DNA from: Folioceros fuciformis
Taxonomy: Eukaryota
Reading direction: 5' to 3'
Assembly: GCA_049999805.1 (NCBI GenBank)
Contig: JBNGIO010006418.1
Span: 31,276-67,899, forward strand
Length of the DNA: 36,624 nucleotides
The position numbers and the translations under genes are program-made. Under the pieces are notes generated by a model. It had not been told where the DNA came from and did no database searches. It saw nothing but the letters and a program-made list of their open reading frames with translations. This document shows, one piece after another, positions 10,041 to 21,623 of this stretch; position 1 is the first letter of the stretch, and every line of letters starts with the position of its first letter.

Positions 10041-11162
10041 GAGTCTACAAGTACAGTGAATTCACCGTCCACGAACCGTGAGGCTGCCTGGCGTAGATGG
10101 TCCTGTCAAGGAGACTGTTCCTCACGACGTTCTGACACCGGCCAGCAACTCAACGGCAACGCTATGGCAAGGAGTAGCCATTCAGAATCCCCAGCATACC
10201 GTCCCCTACGCTACGCCTGGACAATGACAGCAGCATCATCACACCAAGGATCTCGTCTCAATCGACATGCATGCATCACATCTGATTCACCGCAAAACAG
10301 GACGAGTTCCCTCATTCCTCACATCCACCTTCCCCAAGAGTAATCCGGTTCCAAGGGATGCGTGCAGATTACTGATTCCACGTATCCCATGGAAACTGAA
10401 AGACCGTAACGGAACAGAAACAGGCCGCGCAGTCTGCGATTGACCAGGCTGGAGCAACTGCCTGGGAGTGACCCTGACTTCTGCAACAGGGGTGTCTCTC
10501 ACGGCCCCGTGGGCCTCACTGTTTCGAAGCCCCATGAATGGATCATTTGTATCCCGGTGGGTGCATCAACATGCAGTCTCACTGGGGTAACACTGCCAAT
10601 TTACCACCTTGTGGTCCATTCCAAGGTCCAGGAAACATCCACTCACGCTACGGAATTGTCACATCCTATGCAGCCTGCCTAGGCAACATTAAGTTCTCGT
10701 TCATGTACCTTTTCAATGCCCGCGTCCTTATCATTCTTCACAGATTCCAAGTTCCGACAACTTCAGACTACCTACACTTAACGCGTGTTAGGCACCTGGC
10801 GTGGCGCCAAGACACCCACCGCTCAGGACTTGGTGGAGGGCATAAAGCCTGAGCATCTTTAGCTTGGGATTGAAGAACACTTCACGTCTCAAAGCCCCAC
10901 ACTGCAATTAAGTCGTCCACACGTTCTTCAAACTCTCATACGATCAACTGTACGCAGGTCCTTCCAAATGCCGCAATCCAGGGGCGTTAGACCCAGGCAA
11001 ATAGCAATGACATTGCAATGAAGTTCAAGTCTTGAAACATGGAATGTGAGCTGAAAAGGCAGGCAACGACGTGGGCTTCTTGCAAACTGAGGAGGGAAGG
11101 TAGCATGGTTGTTAGTGCACTATGATGTGGGTTGTAGCCACTATAGACAGCCATGGCCCTGT

Positions 11163-11226
11163 CTAGTTTGATTACAAGGAATGAAATAGAGGAGCTAGTT
11201 TGATTACAAGGAATGAAATAGAGGAG
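11163..11226. repeat. Perfect 32-bp tandem duplication
   Basis: ctagtttgattacaaggaatgaaatagaggag x2. Confidence 0.95.
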
Positions 11227-11273
11227 CTTGATTATGGGCATACTAACTGACCATTTTGGTAGATTTAGTATAC

Positions 11274-11928
11274 CTAGAGGAAATTATGGAACCTCAATGA
11301 GCTCCGAACCCTAACACATGTGTTATGTAAGCAAATGCAGCCTATGTTAGTGGTGCAAGCAACCCTGTGTGCATGTACCAGGTTTCCTGAGTTTAGGAGT
11401 CGATCCAAACAAAAGACCCATCCCGTCATTTTTAGATTCGCTTCAAATGGGCCAGGCATTTCATTCGAAAGACGAATTTCAGAACGGGCATATGGCCTCC
11501 GTTTCTGGACAGGGTCTTGCGAATCATCCTCAAAGAAACAGGCACGCTCAAGTATCCAGTTTCTAGATTCGGAATTAAATGTCCGGACTACAAGGAAATA
11601 GTACGGGATTATATGAGCTTCTGGGAACTTTTCTATCTGCACTCTGAATGACACGAGGACGACAGATGGAAGTATGTTGCTGATGAACGACAGAACAGGG
11701 TTTCCAATTCCCAACCAACACATTCAAAATCCTCAATAGATTGATTTCATACCAGGTGCTGGACTCCTGGAGAAGCTCCCGCTGTGGATACTGTGGCGTC
11801 GATTGATTTCCTAAAGAGCTGAATGGTGCAGACTCTCCAGTTTGCACCTCAGCAGTGCAGCCGAGGAAAAGAAACTGTGGCAGCAACATGATACTGGCTG
11901 CCATCACCCATGCGGCCGCAGACGACAT
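11274..11928 (-). CDS. Putative small secreted protein (~193 aa; exons 11928-11753 and 11679-11274)
   Basis: Signal-peptide-like MSSAAAWVMAASIMLLPQFLFLGCTA and an RELLQ motif. A 73-bp GTATGA...TTCATCAG intron joins two overlapping ORFs in frame. Family not securely identified. Confidence 0.45.
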
Positions 11929-12687
11929 CTGGTGCAAGGAGATAATGTATGAAGTTGGGACTGCACTGTTTGAGATTCCCAGCTATGAGATCATTCAAAA
12001 ACCAGGATTGAACGGTGGTGGGATCATATCACCCTGATATTTTTTATGAGAGATTTGACTTTGATCTGATCGACAAAGAACAGTGAGCATGATTAGTCGA
12101 AAGATTGAACCCTACAGCTCTTTCCTTGACGCTATTCCAATTACCATCTATAGCACACAGAGCTAAGTAGAAAGGACAACTGCACCTCACAGACAGGCAA
12201 TCTAGCAGAGACACCATTTTCATTCCGACAATATTTAGAACAGAGTCTTGTACGGACCCACATCCGCAACGTGACTTCAGAAGCAGACAAAAATATGAAC
12301 TGTTAAGTCCGTTGCATACGCCACAATACACATGATAGGCAACATGTTACTCGTAAAATTTAGCCAGTACTACCATCCAACCACTGTTGACAAGATGCAA
12401 CGCAATCTCATATCCCAATCGCAGATTGCCCTGGAGATGCAGCCAGCTCTTCCTTGTCCCACCAACCAGGATGTACAGTTCGGCGTGAACAGACAGTGCA
12501 AGGTCCCGCGAACATAAGTCTCGGTTGGAGAATGAGGGACACCCAGTGAAGACGAGTGGGGTGGGACGCTGTCGAGTGATTCTCAAGTAATTGAACGTCG
12601 ACGAAAGCATGCATGGACAACCCATCGCTTCTAGCGTACGAAGGGGGTTGGCAGGCAAGTCCTTTTCTACACTCTCGTCTACAGGAC

Positions 12688-15600
12688 CTAATGGTAAGCT
12701 AATGGCCCAGACCTCGACAAAACAAAGCGCTTTAGAGGACTCAGTCTTCCGTCCCTCGTCTTATCCCCCTTCGACGTGGAGCTATAGTCTAAAGGACCAG
12801 AATAACGAACTCTACTGTTGGGATTGTGTTCACCTGGATCCTGGAAGGAGGCCGACTCCATCGCACGTCTCCGTTGAGAATGGATTTTTAAAGGACCTGT
12901 CAATATCGAGACTCTGGAACCGGAATCAGTTTCACCACCAGTATCACTTATGTTCCAGCCTTTACCTGGACTTGCAGAAATCCCTTGCGAATGCCGTCGA
13001 GAAAGGCTGACAACGGCCAAGGTTGGTACTGCATTCTCATAATAGAGCTGGTATATTGAGCGCAGAACTGTGTAAGGAACAGATGCTTCCAGAGTACTCC
13101 GAGGAAGATGACTGGAAAACTCGCAAAGTTGATCAAGAAACACTAACTTTGCAACAAGAGGGCTCCTGAGAACAGCACAATATAAGCATCGTGTGGATAC
13201 GAAGGCTCACGCAAAAGCAAGACGCAGTGGTTATACATAGGAATCGCACCTGACAGCATCATTCCAAGCCTCTAGAATAATTGCTGAAGAACATTGCACA
13301 AACACTTTCATGTTAGCCTTTGTGTTGGCGTCAACATCTGCTGTGGTCTCCTTTGGAAGGACCTCAAAACCAATGTCGTCTCTTCTGTGCGGTTGCTGGG
13401 CAAGGAGCTGCTTTTGAAGCTCCTTGCGTTCAGAACGAACCAACTCACTAGCAAACAGGACAGCATTGATACACCTGTTCGAAACACGTGGGCAGCTTAT
13501 CAGTCACTCACAGCGACCATTAGGACGGCGGATCAGCAAAAAAACAACTGCATGGACTCACCTGGCTAAACAGTGAACACTATTGTTGAAACCTCCTGTG
13601 AGCACATTGAACGCGCTCGTTTGCCAGACATTCGACGTCATACAAGCTATATAAAAGTAAGGGAGAAGAGCCCAGGTTGAATCGCCTGCGCCCCCAATGT
13701 CCATCATAATAGAGTGCACCGTCACCGCATCTTGATCTACACTTGCTCCAATGCGGCTGGCTAGCAACTTCAGTTTCAAGAGATCTTGCCTTTCTGGTAT
13801 GGATGAAGGACAGTGCTTGACAAAGTCTGCAAAAACTGAGAACAGAAGGGGTGTACTTGACTCAAGCACCTGGGAAGCAGCTCTAGCTAACAAAGCCCTC
13901 ATACTCAAGGTGTGGCCAATCTGTAGTGAAAGTTTCATGAAATTTTCCAGGTCTAAGATGTGTTTCAATCCGTACTCCCTCTCCACACGGTCATGAATGT
14001 TGGAAGCGAATGCTTCTAAGGCTTCTTTGTTTGATCGCAGGATCAGGTCCACGGAATTGAGAAGGGTTGCAAGATGCTCTCTAAGACCAGCATCGAGCTT
14101 ATCCATTCCATATGGTCCAAACACACGGACAAAAGCCCTGAACTCTGCTACATCAGTCAAAGACTCGGCAGATGCTGAACCTACAAGCTTCAGACTCTTG
14201 AAACACGAATCCAAGGGTGAGAAGCAAACACCAACAGACTTTACATCCTTAATGACGTTCTCCAAATACCAGTCACAAATTGAGGAGACTGCTCCACCAC
14301 CAGGACTGAGGTTGCTACCGGGAGGGTGAAGGTCTCGCATACGTCCTGAGAATGCCTCAGTAAGGAGGACTTCTCTAAGGCCCCGTGTTAGATCCATGCT
14401 TACATGCTGCTCGATAAGATGCACAATGGTCATGTGTCGCAGTATTTGACTCTCAAACACTGACGGTCGCTGAAGGTCTCCCTCCACAAATATTGTGTTC
14501 AGAAGTCGAGCACGAAAGTTGTTCAGTAGCCTGTCCCGCAGAAACTACAGAACTCATGGAAACGAATCAGGCAACTTCAAAGGAGTCCGTATCCGTGTAA
14601 GGAAAGACATAAGCAGAGTAACCTGAAGGGGGTAAATCTCAGTCATCTACTTACTTCTCTGGGAACAAAGACATGGTTTTGAATCCGTAGAGGTTCTAAT
14701 TCATTGAGCTGGGAGCAGAGACTCGTAAGCCTTTGCACAGCTGCCTCAAACCTGCCAAGGACAACTGAGATAGGTTAAACCACGCAACATTTCAGACTGG
14801 TCTTTGCGAGCCAGCACTGACAACTACATTACTCACGTTCTAATAGAGCTCCGGCTTGCAGGTTCACTTTCAGAGCCAGGAAGATCGATGCTGCCTTTCA
14901 CTGATCTTAAAGTTGAGATGCCATTCTTCGCAGCCTGGTTCATCAGTACTGCCGCATGCTCGGGAAGAAGCTGCAACCGTGCAAACCAGAAGGTAAAAAC
15001 AAGGAAACCATGGAAAATAACCAAAGTCCCTATGTCTATATAGCTATAAACACGGACCTTCTTGTCGAGAGCACCATATCCTCCCTCAGTATCAAGGATA
15101 TTGATGAGACCCTCTAGGCCCCCCATTACGGACTCCAATATGGATTCCGCATATACAACTGAATCCTTTGAGAGTTTTGGAAGCTGCTCACAGTGCGTCA
15201 ACAACCATGAGCCTTAAGACTACAAGGCCGCAGGAATCATGAGCTTCCAGACGTGGTGAGCTTGCTCTCCTGAGGTCAAACGATGAAAAAACCTACCTCA
15301 TCGAGCACACTGCCATGGACATTCTCAGGAAAGCTGCTTGCAATGCTCAACCAAGCACAGCAATGTTGGGGGCGGCCCTCTGATCCAAACATAGTGTGCT
15401 TGAACACCTGAGGCAATCAGCAGATACATTGAAAGAACATGAGTGAAGGAAGAGACGGCATCTTCCGTATCAAATGCCTTCAGTTCCCTGGCACCAGGAC
15501 AAAACCTCCGTACCGCAGTGATTTGCTGGCGGTAGAAACAAAGTGCTTTGAGACTGCTATGCTGAGAAATCTGTTTTTCGACATCATCGACAGTCCTGCG

Positions 15601-18600
15601 AGAAACCGATTGCTAAACCAAATTACTATCGAAACGTATCGACCAAAAAAAAAACCCACACGCGACTACAATAGATATTTCGGTTTCCTAGAGTCTTTCA
15701 AGTACCTGGACCACAAGTAAGCCATATTTCCTTCTGAAACTATGCTCTCCTTTCCAGTGGAGATAGTGGCCTTGTCAAGGTGACGAATGGTCACAGAAGA
15801 GTGTGAGGATGAGATTATCATAATTATTCGAAGCCAATCCTTGCGAAATCCCTGGACGACACCAGCTTAGCTTATTTAATGCATCTCATGAAGCAGGATT
15901 GCTAAGAAGGGAGGCCAATGCTCTACTACAACAGGAAAGAACCGTGTGGGAGATGAACTGAACCTGCAATTCAATGGCAGACGGTGAAGTCCGGAGCGAT
16001 AACTGAACTGCAGTCGTAACTAGCTTCTCGCTCTGTAGCTTTGGCACTCGTTCGAGATTTTCAATCACAGACACGAAAAGTCCACGCAGTTCCGCATCAA
16101 TGTCAAGAGCTATCATTCCAGGACAACCCAAGAGAAATCTTATTCTTTGTGCTCCCGCCGCAAGACAACCCAGTGCATACCCTCTAACAGCTGCAGAGGT
16201 TGCAAAGGGCAGGTCACACACAGGCTTGACTGGCAGCAATAAATACATGTGAATGTATATGCATGCAAAAGACGAACCTGAGATATACTTGCGCAATAGT
16301 CCACATAATCGCTCCATCCCATCCAGAAGGAAGCCTATTGTCGCATCTGTCGTATCCTAAAATTATCAACGGCTCAGGTTACACGGCAGTTTACACTTCG
16401 GAAATACAGAACTTGATAGCTTACCCCACTCGTTTCAACTGGTAAAGATTTCGAACGAGTGCCCATCTTACCATGTCAACTGGGACAACACGAGTCCCCT
16501 TGGCCCGTGTGATGACAACACCCACATGACTGAAATACCATATGATTTCAGACCGCGCCATAGCCAGTGCAGAGAAAACCATCTGCAATATGTGATGCCA
16601 CCCACTTACGGTTACCTGGTGCATTTTCCGGCACACGCAGGCACCTCTGCAAACCTTCAAAGGTCAGGTCATTAGAAGACTCTTCATAATACCTGAATGT
16701 TCGGTGCTAATAGGCTTGGTTGATCTGAAAAAAAAAGAATCATGCGACCAAGCTCCTGCTTCAATAGCATACGCTGCTGCCTGTGAATTATATCAGAGCT
16801 GAGAATTGCAGTGTCATATGCGTCACTGCAAAAAGCACATGACCAGAGTAAGTATGGCAGTGGCACTGTAAGCAAAGAGCAGGCTACTCACTAATTTGTG
16901 TTCGACAAGGCTAAGCAATGGAAAGAAGGCAGTTTCCAACAGACTTGCCAAACGACCAAACACCTCTGCAGGCCTAGAGTTTGTGATCCCGGACCTGATC
17001 GTTCTCTGAACCTGTTTGGCAAGATTGTATTCAAGATCTGCATCCTTCAGCCTCGTTCTCCCTGCTTTAGCCAGCTTCTTTGCTTCCACCACTTTTGGGA
17101 TGACATATTGCTGATACTCTTCATGCAAGAGAATGTACTGTAAAGGAACGCCACAACCTTATCAGATTTTCACAAACATCTACGCGCGTCAAAACTTGTC
17201 ACCATAAGCAACATCACAGAATATAAACAGCTTACTTCATCACGAAACAGAGGCAGCACCAGACTGGTCTTCAATATGGCCTGCAAAACAACAACATAAG
17301 CGAATGAACAGGCAGAAAGGTGCTTCAGACCTGCAACTGTTGGGTGGAGGTTAGTCATGCGACCCTAGGGAGTCATCATTTCAGAATGCAGCACCATTGA
17401 CTCCAGAAATGGCAGCTCTTCATGCAGGACAAGGAATCTAGTAAAGTTTGCGTAAAGTTTGTCACAAACCATCAGCACATCAATTGCATTGACTCTGAGA
17501 AGTTCACTTGGGCAGACAAGGTACCCAAGAAGCACCCAATCACGATAAGAATCAATGTTGGCTAATTCCTGCGCTCTCTGCAGCCACAAACGACAAAGAA
17601 CCAATGAGAGCAGGGCAAGAGGCTAGAACAAGCGCCCATGTAAAGCACCTTCACTGTCATTCGCAATTCCATCAACTCTAAACGTGAATATAAACGACCG
17701 AACGGCAGGATCTTGAACGTGCTTACCGCAGGATGAGCAGAATTTGTGAGTTTATCGGGATATCTGGGATGAAAAGGGCTCAAAAAGCCTTCACTGCGCA
17801 GCTTTTGGAAATTTGTACCAAGATAAACTGTTGGTCGAATAGCCTCCAAAATCTGCAACCTCATATCCATTAGACATCTTCGGCACAATTTGAGATTTTT
17901 TGAAAGCACGAAACCTCCAGAATAAACAGTCTTGAGCTCCAGTGAAAGAAACAGCAAGCTGTATGCACTTAGGTAGAGATAGCCACACAACAAATTACAC
18001 ACACCTCGCCAATACGAGGGCTCACGAAATTGAGATCTTCGTGTAGTCCTTTCAGTGGTTCATCATACGAATCAACAAACTGAACCAGTCTGCACACAAA
18101 ACAATAAATGAATCGCTTGCCAGTTTCCCGGGACGAAGTCCGGAAAACTCCACAAATGATTTTCATACCGGTGATAAAATTCATAGTCCCTCCCATTCTT
18201 GACGTAGCTATGTGCTACGTTATAAACCTGCAAAAGCATCTTCCTAGGAATCTGGAAAGCAAACACAAGCTCTCAACGGCGACTGCAAAGCTGCGTTGCA
18301 GAAAAAGAATACAAGGAATAACAGGGTGCCCACCTTCTCTGCGTAGAGATTAACTCTCACGAAGGCACAGAACAGGTCCATGAATGCATGAAGCACCAAT
18401 GGGTTCTGATGCGGCTGCACAAGATAATCGTACTGATTAGTTTCCAGGGCTTACAGACTTCTGCAACTGAAACTAGTTCACTATAGGCTTGACATCGCTC
18501 TGCGTGACTGCTTTCCCTCATGGAATAGAAGTGCAAGCTAAAGGAGGCCAAATAGTCAAGTACCAGAAGAGTAACCACAGTGCTGCTCAGGTAAAGGATC

Positions 18601-19427
18601 ACCCGTAGTGCCTGTTCACGAAATGTCATCAAATCGTAAAGCACCTGCCATATGTTTCAAGAGAACTGGTAAGATGGCCTCTTCACCGGGCTATTCACGG
18701 TGGTTGCACAGACAATCAGTATCCTGAGATTTGGTCATGGTTCGAGAGAGGAACTGAGTTTGAAAAACGTGTGAACGGTATCCATATGGGAGTCCTACCA
18801 AAAGCCAAGGCTCCAACGCAGCGAGATACTGCTCGGCGTTGTCTTGCAGCACGTCCAGACCGGCTTTGTCTACCTGCATTACACAGCAGGCAAATGAGGA
18901 AGACAAGACACACGGCACAAGCACACTACTTGTGTGTCATCTCGCACCGGCGTCAAAGACAGTGAGACGCAGCAGAACCCCACCTTGTCGAGCTGCATTT
19001 TGCCAGGATGCTCGGGAAACCTTTTGGCAACATAAGTGCAGAGCTTCGGTACGTCAGGGAATAGCCCTGACTTTGTAAACGCTTCCGAGAACTGCAACGA
19101 CCCACTGTTAGGAAGATCGAGAATCTGGCGCAGCTGATACAACTTAGTCATCAGCCCCTCCGCGATGCCGTTCAGATGGAATATTCCTTCTATCTGCCGG
19201 ATCCGCTGGCTGCTTCTCCCATTGTTCTGCTGTGCCAGCATGCTCGGCAACCTCCTGTAAACGGAGGAATGCGATGACGACCCCGAGCTGTAGTCGTTAA
19301 AGAAAAAACCATCCTCCCCATCGTCGCTCCTGGCGTGCCCCTCCTGCACAGCGTCCCGCTTGAAGAAACTGGACGACTGCCGTGCGTAGCGCGGCGGCTG
19401 GCCATTGCCATACCTGTCGCCTTCCAT
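12688..19427 (-). CDS. NAP1: Nck-associated protein 1 (NAP1/NCKAP1/GNARLED), SCAR/WAVE regulatory complex subunit
   Basis: Motifs AEGLMTKLYQL, LMTFREQALR, IPRKMLLQVYN, EGFLSPFHPRYP, DQPSLLAPNIQ, GRPQHCCAWL, DLQRPSV, TGGFNNSVHCLAR, FLDQLCE and SRSGPLAY. 23 GT-AG exons read manually: 19427-18984, 18873-18799, 18644-18564, 18414-18334, 18251-18169, 18089-18005, 17852-17727, 17577-17470, 17280-17236, 17137-16995, 16825-16693, 16582-16472, 16356-16278, 16190-15964 (donor uncertain), 15851-15706, 15595-15514, 15407-15297, 15183-15058, 14970-14837, 14751-14655, 14544-13562, 13474-13250, 13165-12688. Confidence 0.97.
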
Positions 19428-21623
19428 GTCCCCTCCCCAGGCTGGCTCCCCTCCAGCAGCGTCTACACTTGCTATCCCCCGCTGCCACCTCCCCTGCTGC
19501 AAATCGGGCACCCCGGCGTCACCGGCAGGCGAAATCCGCAGCTAATTCGGACGAAAAGCTGCAGCCTCTCTCTGCATTGCATAGCCGAGCCGTGCCCGAG
19601 GGCAGCAGCACATCCGCGAAGCGAGGAGAAGAGGCTCCTGACGGCAGCGGAGGGGATAGGCTGCGCCCGCAGACCGTGCCGGGGCTACCGGCAGCTGCAG
19701 TCGCCGGGCAGACGAGAGCAGTGGTGTCAGGCAGTGAAGGTAGCAAGCATTGACAGGAAGGCGTGCTTGTCAGACTGCAGACACAGGTCGACCTGCTATT
19801 CCCCCGCGCCCGCGAAGTGCAGTAGAAGAAACCCGCAGGTTCCTGCCATCACCAGTGCTCAGAGGGGTGGCCCGGGCTCCCGAGGCCCGCGCAGCTCGTC
19901 TCGTCGCGTCTCGTCTCGTCTCGCGAGGCGGGGTGGGCGAGAGAATCTGACTTGTGAACAGGAGTCACAGAGTCACGTATCGAGAGACGCGACTCCTGCT
20001 TTTCGGACTCTGTACGGAACTCGTCATTCTCGCTTCGCTCTCTCGCCAACTAGGCTGATGACATAGATAGTGGATGCATTCACACCAACCCAGTTTGCGT
20101 CTGCACATAAATGTGAGCCTTCCAACGTCTTTCATGTACAGACATACAGTACATATGTAGTCGTACATCATCATCGGAACCCTTGAGGGGGAATTGTCCT
20201 TTTCTGTCACGGAAGACTTCACCCAGGGATCATCAGATAGAGTGGTGGAAAAGAATACATATTTTGAATGAAATAACTTATGAAGAAATAAGTAGGTACG
20301 GTACATGCATACATACTATGAAAAACTTCTATCACTAGGCAGCCAAAGTTCGACTTGGCATTTTAAAGCTTTTTCCACAAGAGATCAGATTCGGAGTGTG
20401 CACCTTCCTAGACGGAAGTGCAGCCAATTCGTTTCCCTGGGCATGGATGTGTTGGCGGTACCTTTTCGGCACCCTCCCGATGGGCCAATAGGTGATGCAC
20501 TCGTAGATTTCTGACATGGAAGACATCCTGATTGCTGTTGTGTGTATCCAGATCATGGGCTGGGTCATAAAGTTCTTGCTATTTAAGGACTAATGGTGCA
20601 AAAGGTTCTAATCTTGCCAACTATTCCACTCCTTGTTTGCCGTGTGCTGATGGCGCTTGAGGGATGGAAGATAGGGCACTCACATGTTATGGGACGAGGA
20701 TTCCTACAGGGCATACCGGTTGGCATTTGTGTGGTGATGGTCAAGACAGGTACATCCTTAAGGGCAAAATGTGGGGAGGGGGGAGGTACACTCGGAGTGT
20801 AAGTGGTTTTGACTACTTGGTGTCGAAGGATGTAGTGACATATGGAACGAATGTCGTAATTGCTGGTATGCAAACCATGGGCTCTGAAATGGAAGAGCTC
20901 AAGCTCAAGACCAGGCACTTTGCAGGCATTGCTAAGAAGCTGGCTCTTCTGGCGTGCAGTGGTCTCTTGAACACTCCTAGTGGGACACCTCGTCCGATCA
21001 ACGTCACTTGATGGAGTCCAGCAAAAGAAGGCCTAGCCTGTGCGTGCTCTCGGTTTCTGCTTCAAGTGCCATCTTCGCAAATTCACAGGTTTTGCAGGGT
21101 AGGTTTGTAATAGATCTGTGTTTAGCCGTTTTCGGTTGCTTGTGAATTGAAGTGGCTCGTGCTCCTCCCAAGTTTGCAGAAGCTGGCAAGAAAAGAAGAG
21201 ACGTTTGTGGCACGATAAAGCAAGGAGCATGCAGCCGTTACTGCCCTCACTCGCTTTCTCTAAGGTACTACATTTCTGTGGAGTCATCCTCTCAACTCAG
21301 GCAACAAAGCTTAGAGGATGGCATGGCATCCTGTGATTCACCCCAAGGTTGGTGGATCCCGCCTAGTGAAGTACCCGTGAAAGCCCTGTGCCTCGAGATC
21401 AGCCGACAAGATGTGACGAAGGTGACGAAGGTCGTCGGGAGAGGAGAAGGACAAAAAAATTAATACTCAATTTCACTAAAAATATTTACAATGGGAAGAT
21501 GATTCCATCGTTGATCACACGATTTGTCTCCTCTTCTCACCATTGTGTTGTACAAAAAGAAAACATGGTCTACTACAAGTACCAAAAATGGTCATGCAAA
21601 TGACTAATCCCAATAGATGGATC

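Noticed and set aside
10870-10931. 9-bp inverted repeat ttgaagaac/gttcttcaa as a miRNA or MITE hairpin
   Set aside because: The stem is too short and the interior does not pair.
19335-20066. 243-aa plus-strand ORF over the NAP1 start
   Set aside because: GC-rich antisense/promoter sequence containing a (TCGTC)n microsatellite; low-complexity translation.
20150-21460. Possible decayed gene or transposon (e.g. RALGFCFKC, GWHLCGDG fragments)
   Set aside because: Fragmentary frames with no family I can support; left uncalled.
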